Positions 37,483-46,347 of a DNA stretch of 64,000 bases are shown here, piece after piece. The position numbers were made by a program, and so were the translations under genes. The DNA comes from Desulfomicrobium sp. Lineage in GTDB: Bacteria; Desulfobacterota; Desulfovibrionia; Desulfovibrionales; Desulfomicrobiaceae. Position 1 is the first letter of the stretch; the number at the start of each line of letters is the position of its first letter. Under the pieces are notes generated by a model that was not told the origin of the DNA, ran no database searches, and saw only the letters and a list, made by a program, of their open reading frames with translations. The DNA is taken from positions 704,001 to 768,000 of the forward strand of contig JAXGMI010000002.1 in NCBI GenBank assembly GCA_040768745.1, read 5' to 3'.

Positions 37483-38601
37483 ATGGGACAACGACTGATC
37501 CTGGCCGGGGGTGGCCACGCGCACATGATGATCCTGGCCCACATCCGGAACCTGGTCCGCAACGGGCATCAGGTCACCGTTATCCAGCCCTCGGACTACC
37601 ACTACTACTCGGGCATGGGCCCGGGCATGCTCGGACTGACCTACACCGCTGACGACATCCGCTTTGCCACCCGGCATGTGGTTGAACGCCAGGGCGGGAC
37701 CTTTATCCGGGACAAGGTGACGGGCATCGATGCGGCTGGCCGAACCATCGCCACGTCCTCGGGCCTGACCCTGGAATACGATGTGCTGTCCTGCAACACG
37801 GGCAGTTTTGTCCCTTTCCAAAACGTTCACGGCGACACATCCACGATTTTCGCGGTCAAACCCATCGAGCGTCTGCAGGAAGCGCAACGGGTCGTCATAT
37901 CCCTCTGCGCAAGTCGCAGCACGCCGCATATTGCCGTGGTCGGAGGCGGCCCTGCAGCCGTGGAAATCGCGGGCAACCTGCGCAGGCTGGCCAACCTTCG
38001 CGGACGGCATATGCCGCGCATCACCCTTTTCGCCGGTCGGGGACTGCTCAGCAAACTGCCCGCCGCCATCCGATCCATAGCCAGGGAATCCTTGGCCCGC
38101 CAGAACATCGCCATCAACGAAGAGGGGTATGTGCAGGAAATCCGCAACGGACGCTTTGCCGTGGGCGATTCAGAAGTGTGTCCGGACCTCATCTTCATGG
38201 CCACGGGCGTGCGCCCATCCCCCCTTTTCAAAGCTTCCGGCCTGGCCACGGGGCCTTCGGGTGGACTGCTGGTCAATGAGTACCTCCACAGTGTGGAGCA
38301 CACCGAGATCTTCGGCGGGGGAGACTGCATTGATTTTGGCCCCTCTCCTCTGGACAAGGTCGGGGTCTATGCCGTGCGCGAGAATCCGATCCTGCTCAGA
38401 AATGTCACAGCCCGCCTCCATGGCCTTCGACTCATCCCCTTTGATCCAGGCAGCAAATATCTTCTGCTCTTCAACATGGGTGACGGCACAGCCATCTTCA
38501 GCAAGGGGCCGGTCTGCTTTCGGAACAGAAGCGCATTTCTGCTCAAGGACATCATTGACAGGCGGTTCATGCGCCGTTTCCAGGCCCTTGAACGCCTGTG
38601 A
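37483..38601 (+). CDS. FAD-dependent pyridine nucleotide-disulfide oxidoreductase (resembles the domain found N-terminal to SelD)
   Basis: LAGGGHAH, YYSGMGPG, VKPIE, VVGGGPAAVE, FGGGDC, KVGVYAVR. Confidence 0.85.
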   Translation: MGQRLILAGGGHAHMMILAHIRNLVRNGHQVTVIQPSDYHYYSGMGPGMLGLTYTADDIRFATRHVVERQGGTFIRDKVTGIDAAGRTIATSSGLTLEYDVLSCNTGSFVPFQNVHGDTSTIFAVKPIERLQEAQRVVISLCASRSTPHIAVVGGGPAAVEIAGNLRRLANLRGRHMPRITLFAGRGLLSKLPAAIRSIARESLARQNIAINEEGYVQEIRNGRFAVGDSEVCPDLIFMATGVRPSPLFKASGLATGPSGGLLVNEYLHSVEHTEIFGGGDCIDFGPSPLDKVGVYAVRENPILLRNVTARLHGLRLIPFDPGSKYLLLFNMGDGTAIFSKGPVCFRNRSAFLLKDIIDRRFMRRFQALERL

Positions 38602-38603
38602 TC

Positions 38604-38812
38604 TCCCCGCCGTGGACGCAGGAAGAGGATGCGCCAGGGCACTCAGGGCCCGCCTCAGATCCGGATCCAGGAGGTCTCTTCGTGCAGCAGGGGGTAACTC
38701 TGACCTGCCGTACGCACACCGAGTCATGAAGGAATGTTCGAGACCGCGTGGTTCTGAGCTTCCCACCGGCCAGGGAGCCCCTGCCCCCTCTGAACAGGTG
38801 CACAGACGGGGA
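38604..38812. other. ~210-nt rod-like imperfect palindrome (structured RNA or MITE-like element)
   Basis: Nested complementary blocks across the whole intergenic space; see findings. Confidence 0.5.
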
Positions 38813-38844
38813 TGAACCAAAAAACAAGGTTGGCTTGGTGGATC

Positions 38845-39651
38845 TCAGGTGCCGCTTCGGTCCAGCACGCAGATCTTCTTGTCTTCGGGATTGAAAACCT
38901 CATCCAGAATGGCGTCAACGTGATCACGCTGGCGGTTGAAAATACGGGCGCAGCATGTCTCAAGGGCTGAACGGGCCTTGCTGTCAAGGGGCAGATCCGG
39001 GAAGGCCGGCAGTCCATAGCTTTCGAAGACGAGAGACGCGAAGGCCAACTCCCGGTCCAGGTTCCAGGCTTGCCCGCCTCCACCGGTGATGGATTCCTTT
39101 TCCACCTGGGCCTGATCCATGCGTTTGGCAAAGGCCAAGGATTCCGAAGGGCGGTTGGATTCATTGATGGCGCGGATGCGCCGGTTGATCTCGCCACAAT
39201 GCTTGCGCATCTGATCATGATGAGGGGCAATCAATATTCTCCCGGGCTGGAGTGGGTCTGTGTAGGTGGAGCCATGCATATAGGCTTCGATCAGACGGGC
39301 CAGGGGCTCGTACACCTCCCACACGGTTTTGATGAAGAGCCCCTTGCGGGTGAAGCTGCGCGGTCGACGGAATTGCAGGCTGCACAGCTGATGGGTGAAG
39401 AGACTCTCGTCCTCCAAATGCACGCCCAGGGATTCAAAGAGGTACCTGCTGTTCTCTTCGCTGCCCAACAGGCAATTCAGGCCAGCGAACCAGGACCGGA
39501 TCTGCTCAGCCTGGGCCTTGAGCTTTTCCACCCGGCTTTCGAACAAGACAATCTCATCCTCTAATGCCTTGCGGGCTCCGAAAAAGGTCTCCGCTGCCTC
39601 GCGCAGTCCTTCCTCAACCAGGGCGTCGCCCCACTCGTCCAGAAGCCCCAT
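38845..39651 (-). CDS. Hypothetical protein, helical with N-terminal coiled coil
   Basis: 268-aa ORF with RBS AGGAGG, divergent from adk; no motif recognised. Confidence 0.75.
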   Translation of the reverse strand: MGLLDEWGDALVEEGLREAAETFFGARKALEDEIVLFESRVEKLKAQAEQIRSWFAGLNCLLGSEENSRYLFESLGVHLEDESLFTHQLCSLQFRRPRSFTRKGLFIKTVWEVYEPLARLIEAYMHGSTYTDPLQPGRILIAPHHDQMRKHCGEINRRIRAINESNRPSESLAFAKRMDQAQVEKESITGGGGQAWNLDRELAFASLVFESYGLPAFPDLPLDSKARSALETCCARIFNRQRDHVDAILDEVFNPEDKKICVLDRSGT

Positions 39652-39726
39652 GCCGCCTCCTGTGTTGCGTTGAAAATAAACCCTATCCGTCTGCATCCCA
39701 ACTGACAAGCCCGGCATGATCTTTCA

Positions 39727-39774
39727 TTGACAGGCGGCATCGCTGCCGCTAGTACTTTGTGAAATTTTTTACAG
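39727..39774 (+). promoter_or_regulatory. adk promoter with Rex-like operator
   Basis: TTGACA-17nt-TAGTAC; TTGTGAA-ATTT-TTTACAG at 39757-39774 versus Rex consensus TTGTGAA-W4-TTCACAA. Confidence 0.7.
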
Positions 39775-39786
39775 GAGGTTTTCGCC

Positions 39787-40458
39787 TTGAATATTCTCAT
39801 TTTCGGACCCAACGGTAGTGGCAAAGGGACCCAGGGCTCCCTGGCAAAGAAGAAATACAATCTGGACCACATCGAATCCGGGGCCATTTTCCGCAAGCAC
39901 ATCGGCGGGGGCACGGAGCTGGGCAAGAAGGCAAAGGAATACATCGACCGGGGCGAACTGGTACCTGACGACATCACCATTCCCATGGTTCTGGATGTGC
40001 TCAAGAACTCCAGCCCCAATGGCTGGCTCCTGGACGGCTTCCCCCGTTCCATCGTTCAGGCCCAGAAACTGTGGGAAGCCCTGCAGGCCGACGGCGTCAA
40101 ACTGAACTATGTCATTGAAATCCTCCTTCCCCGGGAAGTGGCCAAGAACCGCATCATGGGCCGCCGCCTGTGCAAAAACGACAACAACCACCCCAACAAC
40201 ATCTTTATTGACGCCATCAAGCCCAACGGTGACAAATGCCGTGTCTGCGGCGGCGACCTGTCCGCCCGCGCCGATGACCAGGACGAGACAGCCATCGATA
40301 AGCGCCACGATATCTACTATGATTCCAAAACAGGCACCCTGGCTGCATCCTACTACTTCAAGAACCTGGCCAAGAGCGCTGGCTTCAAGTACATTGAACT
40401 CGACGGCGAGGGGGCCATTGACGAGATCAAGGAAACCCTCATGGCCCAGCTGAACTGA
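39787..40458 (+). CDS. adk: Adenylate kinase (Desulfovibrio-type Cys/His LID)
   Basis: TTG start after AGGAGG; GPNGSGKGTQ, GELVPD, LDGFPR, RADD. Confidence 0.97.
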   Translation: MNILIFGPNGSGKGTQGSLAKKKYNLDHIESGAIFRKHIGGGTELGKKAKEYIDRGELVPDDITIPMVLDVLKNSSPNGWLLDGFPRSIVQAQKLWEALQADGVKLNYVIEILLPREVAKNRIMGRRLCKNDNNHPNNIFIDAIKPNGDKCRVCGGDLSARADDQDETAIDKRHDIYYDSKTGTLAASYYFKNLAKSAGFKYIELDGEGAIDEIKETLMAQLN

Positions 40459-40476
40459 CACACTTTTGTTTGATAC

Positions 40477-40503
40477 AGGGCGGGGGCGACCCCGCCTTTT
40501 TTT
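40477..40503 (+). terminator. Intrinsic terminator after adk
   Basis: AGGGCGGGG-GCGA-CCCCGCCTT plus T-run. Confidence 0.75.
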
Positions 40504-40509
40504 CGGACC

Positions 40510-41355
40510 ATGGCACTCCGTATCGGCAGAATAGACTATCTCAATATCTGGCATGTCTTCCATCTCCTGGCCGACATCTGCCCGGAAGGACCGGATTTCC
40601 TGTACGAACCCGGCCATCCAAGCCATCTCAACAGCAGCCTGGCGAATGGCACCCTGGACATTTCTCCGTCATCCTCTTTCGAGTACCTGCTCCACGCCGA
40701 GAAATACCGGCTTTTGCCTGGAGCCTCCATCAATGCCAGGAGCGAAGTACAGAGCGTTCTCTTCCTCTCGCCGGTCACTGTCGAGGAGCTGCCCGCCTGG
40801 CTGGCCCTCAATCCCGGCCCGGTCTGCCTGACCAAAGCTTCGGCCACCTCAACGTCACTTCTGCGCGTGCTCTGGTCTCAGAAGTGGAACCTGGCCGAGC
40901 CACACTGGCAGGAGGTCGAGCCTGGAACCGGCTTGGCCACAGGGCGTCCCTTCCTGGAAATCGGGAACTTGGCCCTGCGCCATTTTGTCCAACCACCTGC
41001 AGGATACCATGTCTACGATTTGGCCAGGGAATGGACGAGCTGGACAGGCCTCCCCGCTGTCTTTGCGGTCTGGATCGTGCGCCGCGGACTGCCGGAACCA
41101 GCCAGAAACCTGGTCCGCCGTCTGGGGCAGGGCATCATGACCATCACCTCCAGCCTGGAACAGCATTTCGAACGGCTGTGCGGTCTGCCAGAACTTCCGC
41201 ACTGGCTCAACAGCCCGGAGCTGCTGTGCTATTGGCGGGCAATGTCCTACGACCTGGGTCCCCAGGAGAGAGCTGGACTGGCCCTATTCGGGGAACGCTG
41301 CACGCGTCAGGGCCTCCTCCCCGGCATGCCTGCCTTGAGCTGGTTCAGTTCCTGA
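40510..41355 (+). CDS. mqnA: Chorismate dehydratase, futalosine menaquinone pathway
   Basis: RIGRIDYLN, GHPSHLN, EVQSVL, SATS..LL, IGNLAL, DLAREW..WTGLPAVFAVW. Confidence 0.85.
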   Translation: MALRIGRIDYLNIWHVFHLLADICPEGPDFLYEPGHPSHLNSSLANGTLDISPSSSFEYLLHAEKYRLLPGASINARSEVQSVLFLSPVTVEELPAWLALNPGPVCLTKASATSTSLLRVLWSQKWNLAEPHWQEVEPGTGLATGRPFLEIGNLALRHFVQPPAGYHVYDLAREWTSWTGLPAVFAVWIVRRGLPEPARNLVRRLGQGIMTITSSLEQHFERLCGLPELPHWLNSPELLCYWRAMSYDLGPQERAGLALFGERCTRQGLLPGMPALSWFSS

Positions 41356-41505
41356 TCCCCAGTGGCATCGTCACGATGACTTTCCTCGTTCCGGGCCACT
41401 TCCTTGCGGACAGTCACGAACAACACCACCCATGACTCCTTGAGCTGGGCGCTGCGAGCGCATGTGCGCACGCCATTCGGGTTCGGCGCGCCACTCCGGC
41501 ACGGA

Positions 41506-42273
41506 TCACAACAGATCAAGCAAGTCAGAGTGGATATGCCCGTTGGTGGCTACGATCATGTGTTCTCCCAATCCATACGGAGCGCCGCCTTCGGCGCTGA
41601 TCCTGCCGCCAGCCTCTTCCACCAGGAGCCAGCCCGCAGCCGTGTCCCAGGGTTTGAGCCCGGTTTCATAATAACCGTCAAAACGGCCGCAGGCTGTATA
41701 GGCCAAGTCAATGGCTGCAGACCCCATCCGCCTGATGCCACGGGAGGCAAGAAGGACCCGCTTCAGGCGGTCACAGATCTGATCCACTTCCGTATAAAAA
41801 GAGTAAGGAAATCCGGTGGCGATGAGGCTTGACTGCATGTCTGTCGCGCTGCTGACGACCACCTTCTCGCCGTTCAAAAACGAACCCTGACCGCGCACGG
41901 CCCAGAACAGCTCATGGAGCATGGGCACATGCACAGCGCCCAGGACCACTTGGCCGCTGCGCCACAGGGCCACGGACACCGCAACCATGGGCAGGCCGTG
42001 GGCATAGTTGGTCGTCCCATCCACAGGGTCAACGATCCAGGTCAGTTCTCCGGGTTCCAGGGAGGTGTGCGATTCCTCCGCCAGGACAGTGGATCCAGAG
42101 ACAAGCCTCGGCAGGGCGTCACGCAGCAGGACCTCCACTGCCAGGTCAGTCTGGGTGAGGAGATCAATGCGGCCTTTGTGCATGATCTGTTTCGTTTCAC
42201 CCCACTGCCCCCGGACCAAATTTCCGGCGGCCTGCATGCAGGCCAGAAATCCGTTCACCAATTCGTTGCCCAT
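41506..42273 (-). CDS. suhB: Inositol monophosphatase family protein
   Basis: WIVDPVDGTTNYAHG, RRMGSAAIDL, LKPWDTAAG.LLVEEAGG. Confidence 0.88.
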   Translation of the reverse strand: MGNELVNGFLACMQAAGNLVRGQWGETKQIMHKGRIDLLTQTDLAVEVLLRDALPRLVSGSTVLAEESHTSLEPGELTWIVDPVDGTTNYAHGLPMVAVSVALWRSGQVVLGAVHVPMLHELFWAVRGQGSFLNGEKVVVSSATDMQSSLIATGFPYSFYTEVDQICDRLKRVLLASRGIRRMGSAAIDLAYTACGRFDGYYETGLKPWDTAAGWLLVEEAGGRISAEGGAPYGLGEHMIVATNGHIHSDLLDLL

Positions 42274-42491
42274 GATTTTCCTCCATCTCTGGAATTCTGC
42301 TTGCGCTTCGCCCGCTCAAGGGTAAATATTGAATTTGAAGAGCACTTTTCCTCTGTTCCTGTTTGTCCTGCCTCACGGCCCTCTCGGAGGCAAGGACGAA
42401 GCAAAAGTCGGTATAATCGCAAGCTTTTTCGTCGAGACCCAGGAAAATCGTCACACGCCGCTGCTAACCGTCAGCCGCAAGGGTAGGTTGT

Positions 42492-44153
42492 ATGCTTATC
42501 GGTATCGATGTCGGAGGAACCCATACAGACGGCGTCTGCATGAGAGACGGACGCGTGGAGGCCATGGTCAAGGTCCCCACGGACCATGACAATCTTCTGG
42601 CCACCATTTCGGAAGCACTTCATTCCATCCTGAAGGACTGTACTGGTGCACAGATTCGCACCATCAACCTGAGCACTACCCTGTCCACAAACGCCATTGT
42701 CACGGGCCGGACCGAAAAAGTGGGCATGTTCGTCATCCCCGGACCTGGAATAGATGCCCGCTCCTATGCGCTGGGCGACCAGTACCACATCCTGTCCGGC
42801 TGCACAGACCATCGTGGGGCAGTTTCCGCCAAGGCGAGGGTCGAATTCGTCAAGCCCCTGGCCGCCAAGTGCCGTGAAGAAGATATCCGGGTCTACGGTG
42901 TGGTGGGCAAGTTCTGCACCCGCAACCCAGAACAGGAACTGGCCATCTCCGGAGCCCTGGCCCCCCAGGCCGATTTCATCTCCCAGGGTCATCGTGTGTC
43001 TGAAGCGCTCAATTTCGGGCGCCGCATCAGCACCGCATACTACAATTCCGCTGTCTGGCGCACGTTCAACAACTTTGCCAACGCCCTGGAGCAGAGCGTG
43101 CGGAACCTAAACCTCCAGTCCGACATCAACATCGTCAAGGCTGACGGTGGGACCATGCCCATCCGCCTGGCCCGGGAGATTCCGGTTCAATCCATCTTTT
43201 CCGGCCCGGCAGCCTCTGTCATGGGTATCCTGAGCACGGTGCCGGTGTCCGAGGACGCCTTGATCCTGGACATCGGCGGCACGACGACAGATATAGCCGT
43301 GCTCCTGAACGGAATCCCGCTCCTGGAACGCGACGGCATTTCCATCGGCGAGCACCAGACCCTCGTCCGCGCCCTGAAGGTGGAGTCCATCGGCATCGGT
43401 GGAGACTCGTTCATTTGCTCCCGCGGTGGCCACCTGCAGGTGGGACCGGATCGCCACGGTCCGTGCATGGCCGCTGGAGGACCTTCCCCGGCCCTGATGG
43501 ATGCCATGAACATCCTGGGTTACGCATCTTTTGGAGATCGCGAGCGGTCGGCCAGAGGCATCAAGGAAGTGGCCATGGCCCAGGGCCTGTCGGCCAGGGA
43601 ATGCGCAGAACAGGCTGTGGACCTAGCCATGACGCTCCTGAAGAAAAAAGTCGATGCCTTTCTGGCGGCCATCAATGCACGGCCAGTGTACACCATTCAG
43701 GAAATCCTGGAAGACCGCATGGTCAAGCCCAAAAGCATTCTGCTCATCGGTGGACCGGCCGAGGCCATGGTGCCTCTGCTGGAGCAAAAGTTCTCCCTGC
43801 CAGCCATCGCCCCTCAATTCAGCCAGGTTGCCAACGCCATCGGGGCCTGCCTGACTCGGCCGACCCAGTCCCTGGTCCTGACCGCGGACACCTCCCGCGG
43901 CAGATTCACCGTGCCAGGCCTGGGTATCCACAAGACAGTCAAACGGACATACACGCTGGAAGAAGCCGTGCACGACGCAACCACCCTGTTGCGGTCCGAA
44001 CTGGACCGTCAGGGCATTCCGGCCGAGGACGGGGATATCCAGGTCATTGAGGCCGATGCCTTTAACATGGTTGAAGGCCACTACACCATCGGCCGCAACA
44101 TCCGCGTCCGCTGTCAGATGCGGCCCGGAGTCATCACCACCCTGGCTTCCTAG
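42492..44153 (+). CDS. Hydantoinase/oxoprolinase A-type ATP-binding protein
   Basis: GIDVGGTHTD, KADGG, SGPAAS, LDIGGTTTD, GIGGDS, ANAIGA. Confidence 0.88.
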   Translation: MLIGIDVGGTHTDGVCMRDGRVEAMVKVPTDHDNLLATISEALHSILKDCTGAQIRTINLSTTLSTNAIVTGRTEKVGMFVIPGPGIDARSYALGDQYHILSGCTDHRGAVSAKARVEFVKPLAAKCREEDIRVYGVVGKFCTRNPEQELAISGALAPQADFISQGHRVSEALNFGRRISTAYYNSAVWRTFNNFANALEQSVRNLNLQSDINIVKADGGTMPIRLAREIPVQSIFSGPAASVMGILSTVPVSEDALILDIGGTTTDIAVLLNGIPLLERDGISIGEHQTLVRALKVESIGIGGDSFICSRGGHLQVGPDRHGPCMAAGGPSPALMDAMNILGYASFGDRERSARGIKEVAMAQGLSARECAEQAVDLAMTLLKKKVDAFLAAINARPVYTIQEILEDRMVKPKSILLIGGPAEAMVPLLEQKFSLPAIAPQFSQVANAIGACLTRPTQSLVLTADTSRGRFTVPGLGIHKTVKRTYTLEEAVHDATTLLRSELDRQGIPAEDGDIQVIEADAFNMVEGHYTIGRNIRVRCQMRPGVITTLAS

Positions 44154-44167
44154 CTTTCGGAGGGACC

Positions 44168-45475
44168 ATGCTCAAAGCACAATCACGCCTTGGCATCATC
44201 TTTTTTCCGGCTTTCGACTGGGCCATCTCTGCCACCCATCCCGAACGGGAGGAGCGACTCCTGTACACCCAGGACCAGTTCAAGGAAGAAGGGATCTTCG
44301 ACATCGATGGCATCGCTGAATATCGCCCCCTCATTGCCGAAGAGAAGGACATCCTGCGCGCCCATTTCTGCTTTCCCGATGTGGCCTCGGTGTGTACCAA
44401 TTCGCATCTCATTTCGGCCGGCGGTGTCATCCGTGCGGCAAAGCTGGTCATGGAAAAGGAGCGTGAACGGGCCTTTGCCGTGGTCCGCCCCCCCGGACAC
44501 CACGCCATGCGCACGGTCCACGGCAGCCGCGGGTTCTGCAACGTGAACATCGAGGCTGTCATGATCGAATGGATCCGCGAACACTACGGCAACCTGCGCG
44601 TTGCCGTGGTCGACACGGACTGTCACCATGGCGACGGGACCCAGGATATCTACTGGCATGACCCCGATGTGCTGTTTATTTCCCTGCACCAGGACGGCCG
44701 CACCCTCTATCCCGGGACGGGCTTTCCCTCGGAATCGGGCGGCCCCAAGGCCCTGGGCCGGACCATCAACATACCCATGCCTCCGCGAACGTCCGATGAC
44801 GGATATCTGATGACCGTGAAAAACATTGTCATGCCCATTTTGGACCACTTCAAGCCTGACCTGATCATTAATTCCGCCGGCCAGGACAACCATTTTTCGG
44901 ACCCCATCACCAACATGAACTTCACGGCCCAGGGCTATGCAAAATTGACCGCCATGCTCAAACCGGACATTGCCGTGCTGGAGGGCGGATACGCCATCAA
45001 AGGGGCATTGCCCTATGTCAATCTGGGCATCAGCCTGGCCCTGGCCGGGGTGGACTTTTCAGCCGTGCAGGAGCCGGAATTGGATCGGGACCGGATTCGC
45101 GAGCAGCAATCGACCATGGACTACCTCAAGGCCCTGTGCGATCAGCTCCCAGAGGTTTACTTCAATCCCAGACCTGTCGACGTGGTTCGGGAGGGCGGAT
45201 ATTTCGTCCGCCGCAGGTCCATCTACTACGACACGGACGACATCACGGAAACCCAGGTCGAACGCGTCAAGGACTGCCCTCATTGTCCCGGCCTGATCAT
45301 CACCGAGTCCGAAACTGCGCAGACCCCGAGATCCCTGGGGCTGTATGTTCCTGTGCAGGGCTGCGACCTGTGCAGTCAGGAGGCTGAAGAGCGCTTCTCC
45401 AAAGGCCGACAGGCTGGATTTGCCCATGTCCAACTTTCGGATCGGATCGCCAAAAAGTACACGTACATAAAATAA
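44168..45475 (+). CDS. Histone deacetylase family amidohydrolase with C-terminal CxxC...CxxC extension
   Basis: HPEREERL, RPPGHHA, GFCNVN, DTDCHHGDGTQ, SLHQ, SAGQD, LEGGY. Confidence 0.92.
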   Translation: MLKAQSRLGIIFFPAFDWAISATHPEREERLLYTQDQFKEEGIFDIDGIAEYRPLIAEEKDILRAHFCFPDVASVCTNSHLISAGGVIRAAKLVMEKERERAFAVVRPPGHHAMRTVHGSRGFCNVNIEAVMIEWIREHYGNLRVAVVDTDCHHGDGTQDIYWHDPDVLFISLHQDGRTLYPGTGFPSESGGPKALGRTINIPMPPRTSDDGYLMTVKNIVMPILDHFKPDLIINSAGQDNHFSDPITNMNFTAQGYAKLTAMLKPDIAVLEGGYAIKGALPYVNLGISLALAGVDFSAVQEPELDRDRIREQQSTMDYLKALCDQLPEVYFNPRPVDVVREGGYFVRRRSIYYDTDDITETQVERVKDCPHCPGLIITESETAQTPRSLGLYVPVQGCDLCSQEAEERFSKGRQAGFAHVQLSDRIAKKYTYIK

Positions 45476-45481
45476 CCGATT

Positions 45482-45509
45482 CCCGGGCATGGGAGCACCC
45501 ATGCCCGGG
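45482..45509 (+). terminator. Hairpin after the HDAC gene
   Basis: CCCGGGCATGGG-AGCA-CCCATGCCCGGG perfect 12-bp stem; weak T-tract. Confidence 0.6.
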
Positions 45510-45717
45510 CTTCCCCACACCTTCAACCCTCGCCTTTTTACCCGACCTTGTCATCCTCTTGCCACAAATGATTCCAGAATGTTACAAATTGTTGACAAGA
45601 GTTATTGCCTCAATTGAACCAACGAGATAAATTCCTACGCGTCGGCTGCTTGTCGCGTTGATCCCTGGGGATGGCAGACAACCCGGCCGGACCAACCCCA
45701 ACACCGGAGAAACGCGC

Positions 45718-46347
45718 ATGGCTTTTTCCCTCTTCCCCAAGAACATCCATTTTTTCGAACTGCTGCTCAAACAGAACGGCATATTGAAGGAAACCTCCCT
45801 CGAGTTGATGAAAATCCTGGACGACTTCAGTTGCGTTGACGCAGGATGCCGGAGCGTCACCCTGCTGGAGGCCGAGGGCGACGAACTCTGCCGGGAAATA
45901 GCCCGCCTGCTCTCCCAGACCTTCATCACCCCCATCGATCGCGAAGACATCTACCGCCTGAATCTGGCCCAGGAGGACTCCATCAACTATATCACGGCCA
46001 TCGCTTCGCGTTTGCGGCTGTATGGGTTCGATCATATCCGCTTTCCAGCACGCAAGATGGCCCGCAACATCCGTGACATGGTCGGTGTTACGGGCGACAT
46101 GCTCAGTTGTCTGCAAACAAAAAAAGATGTCACCGCCCAGATCCGGAAGATGAAGAGTCTCAAAGTCGAGTGCGAAATGCTCTTCTCCACGGGCTTGGCT
46201 GAACTGCAGGACCAGGATGTGCCTGATACGAAAGAAGTCATCAACATCATGCGCTGGTCCCAGGTCTATGACCGTTTCGAGATGGCCATCGAGCGGATCG
46301 ATGACCTGGCTGACGCCATTGAAGAAGTGGTGCTGAAAAATGCTTGA
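45718..46347 (+). CDS. DUF47 (PhoU-like) phosphate transport regulator
   Basis: LEAEGD...L.QTFITPIDREDIY; coupled to pit. Confidence 0.9.
   Translation: MAFSLFPKNIHFFELLLKQNGILKETSLELMKILDDFSCVDAGCRSVTLLEAEGDELCREIARLLSQTFITPIDREDIYRLNLAQEDSINYITAIASRLRLYGFDHIRFPARKMARNIRDMVGVTGDMLSCLQTKKDVTAQIRKMKSLKVECEMLFSTGLAELQDQDVPDTKEVINIMRWSQVYDRFEMAIERIDDLADAIEEVVLKNA

Noticed and set aside
41356..41505. Short inverted repeats (AGTGGC/GCCACT, CATCG/CGATG) between mqnA and suhB
   Set aside because: Too short and scattered to exceed chance in GC-rich DNA
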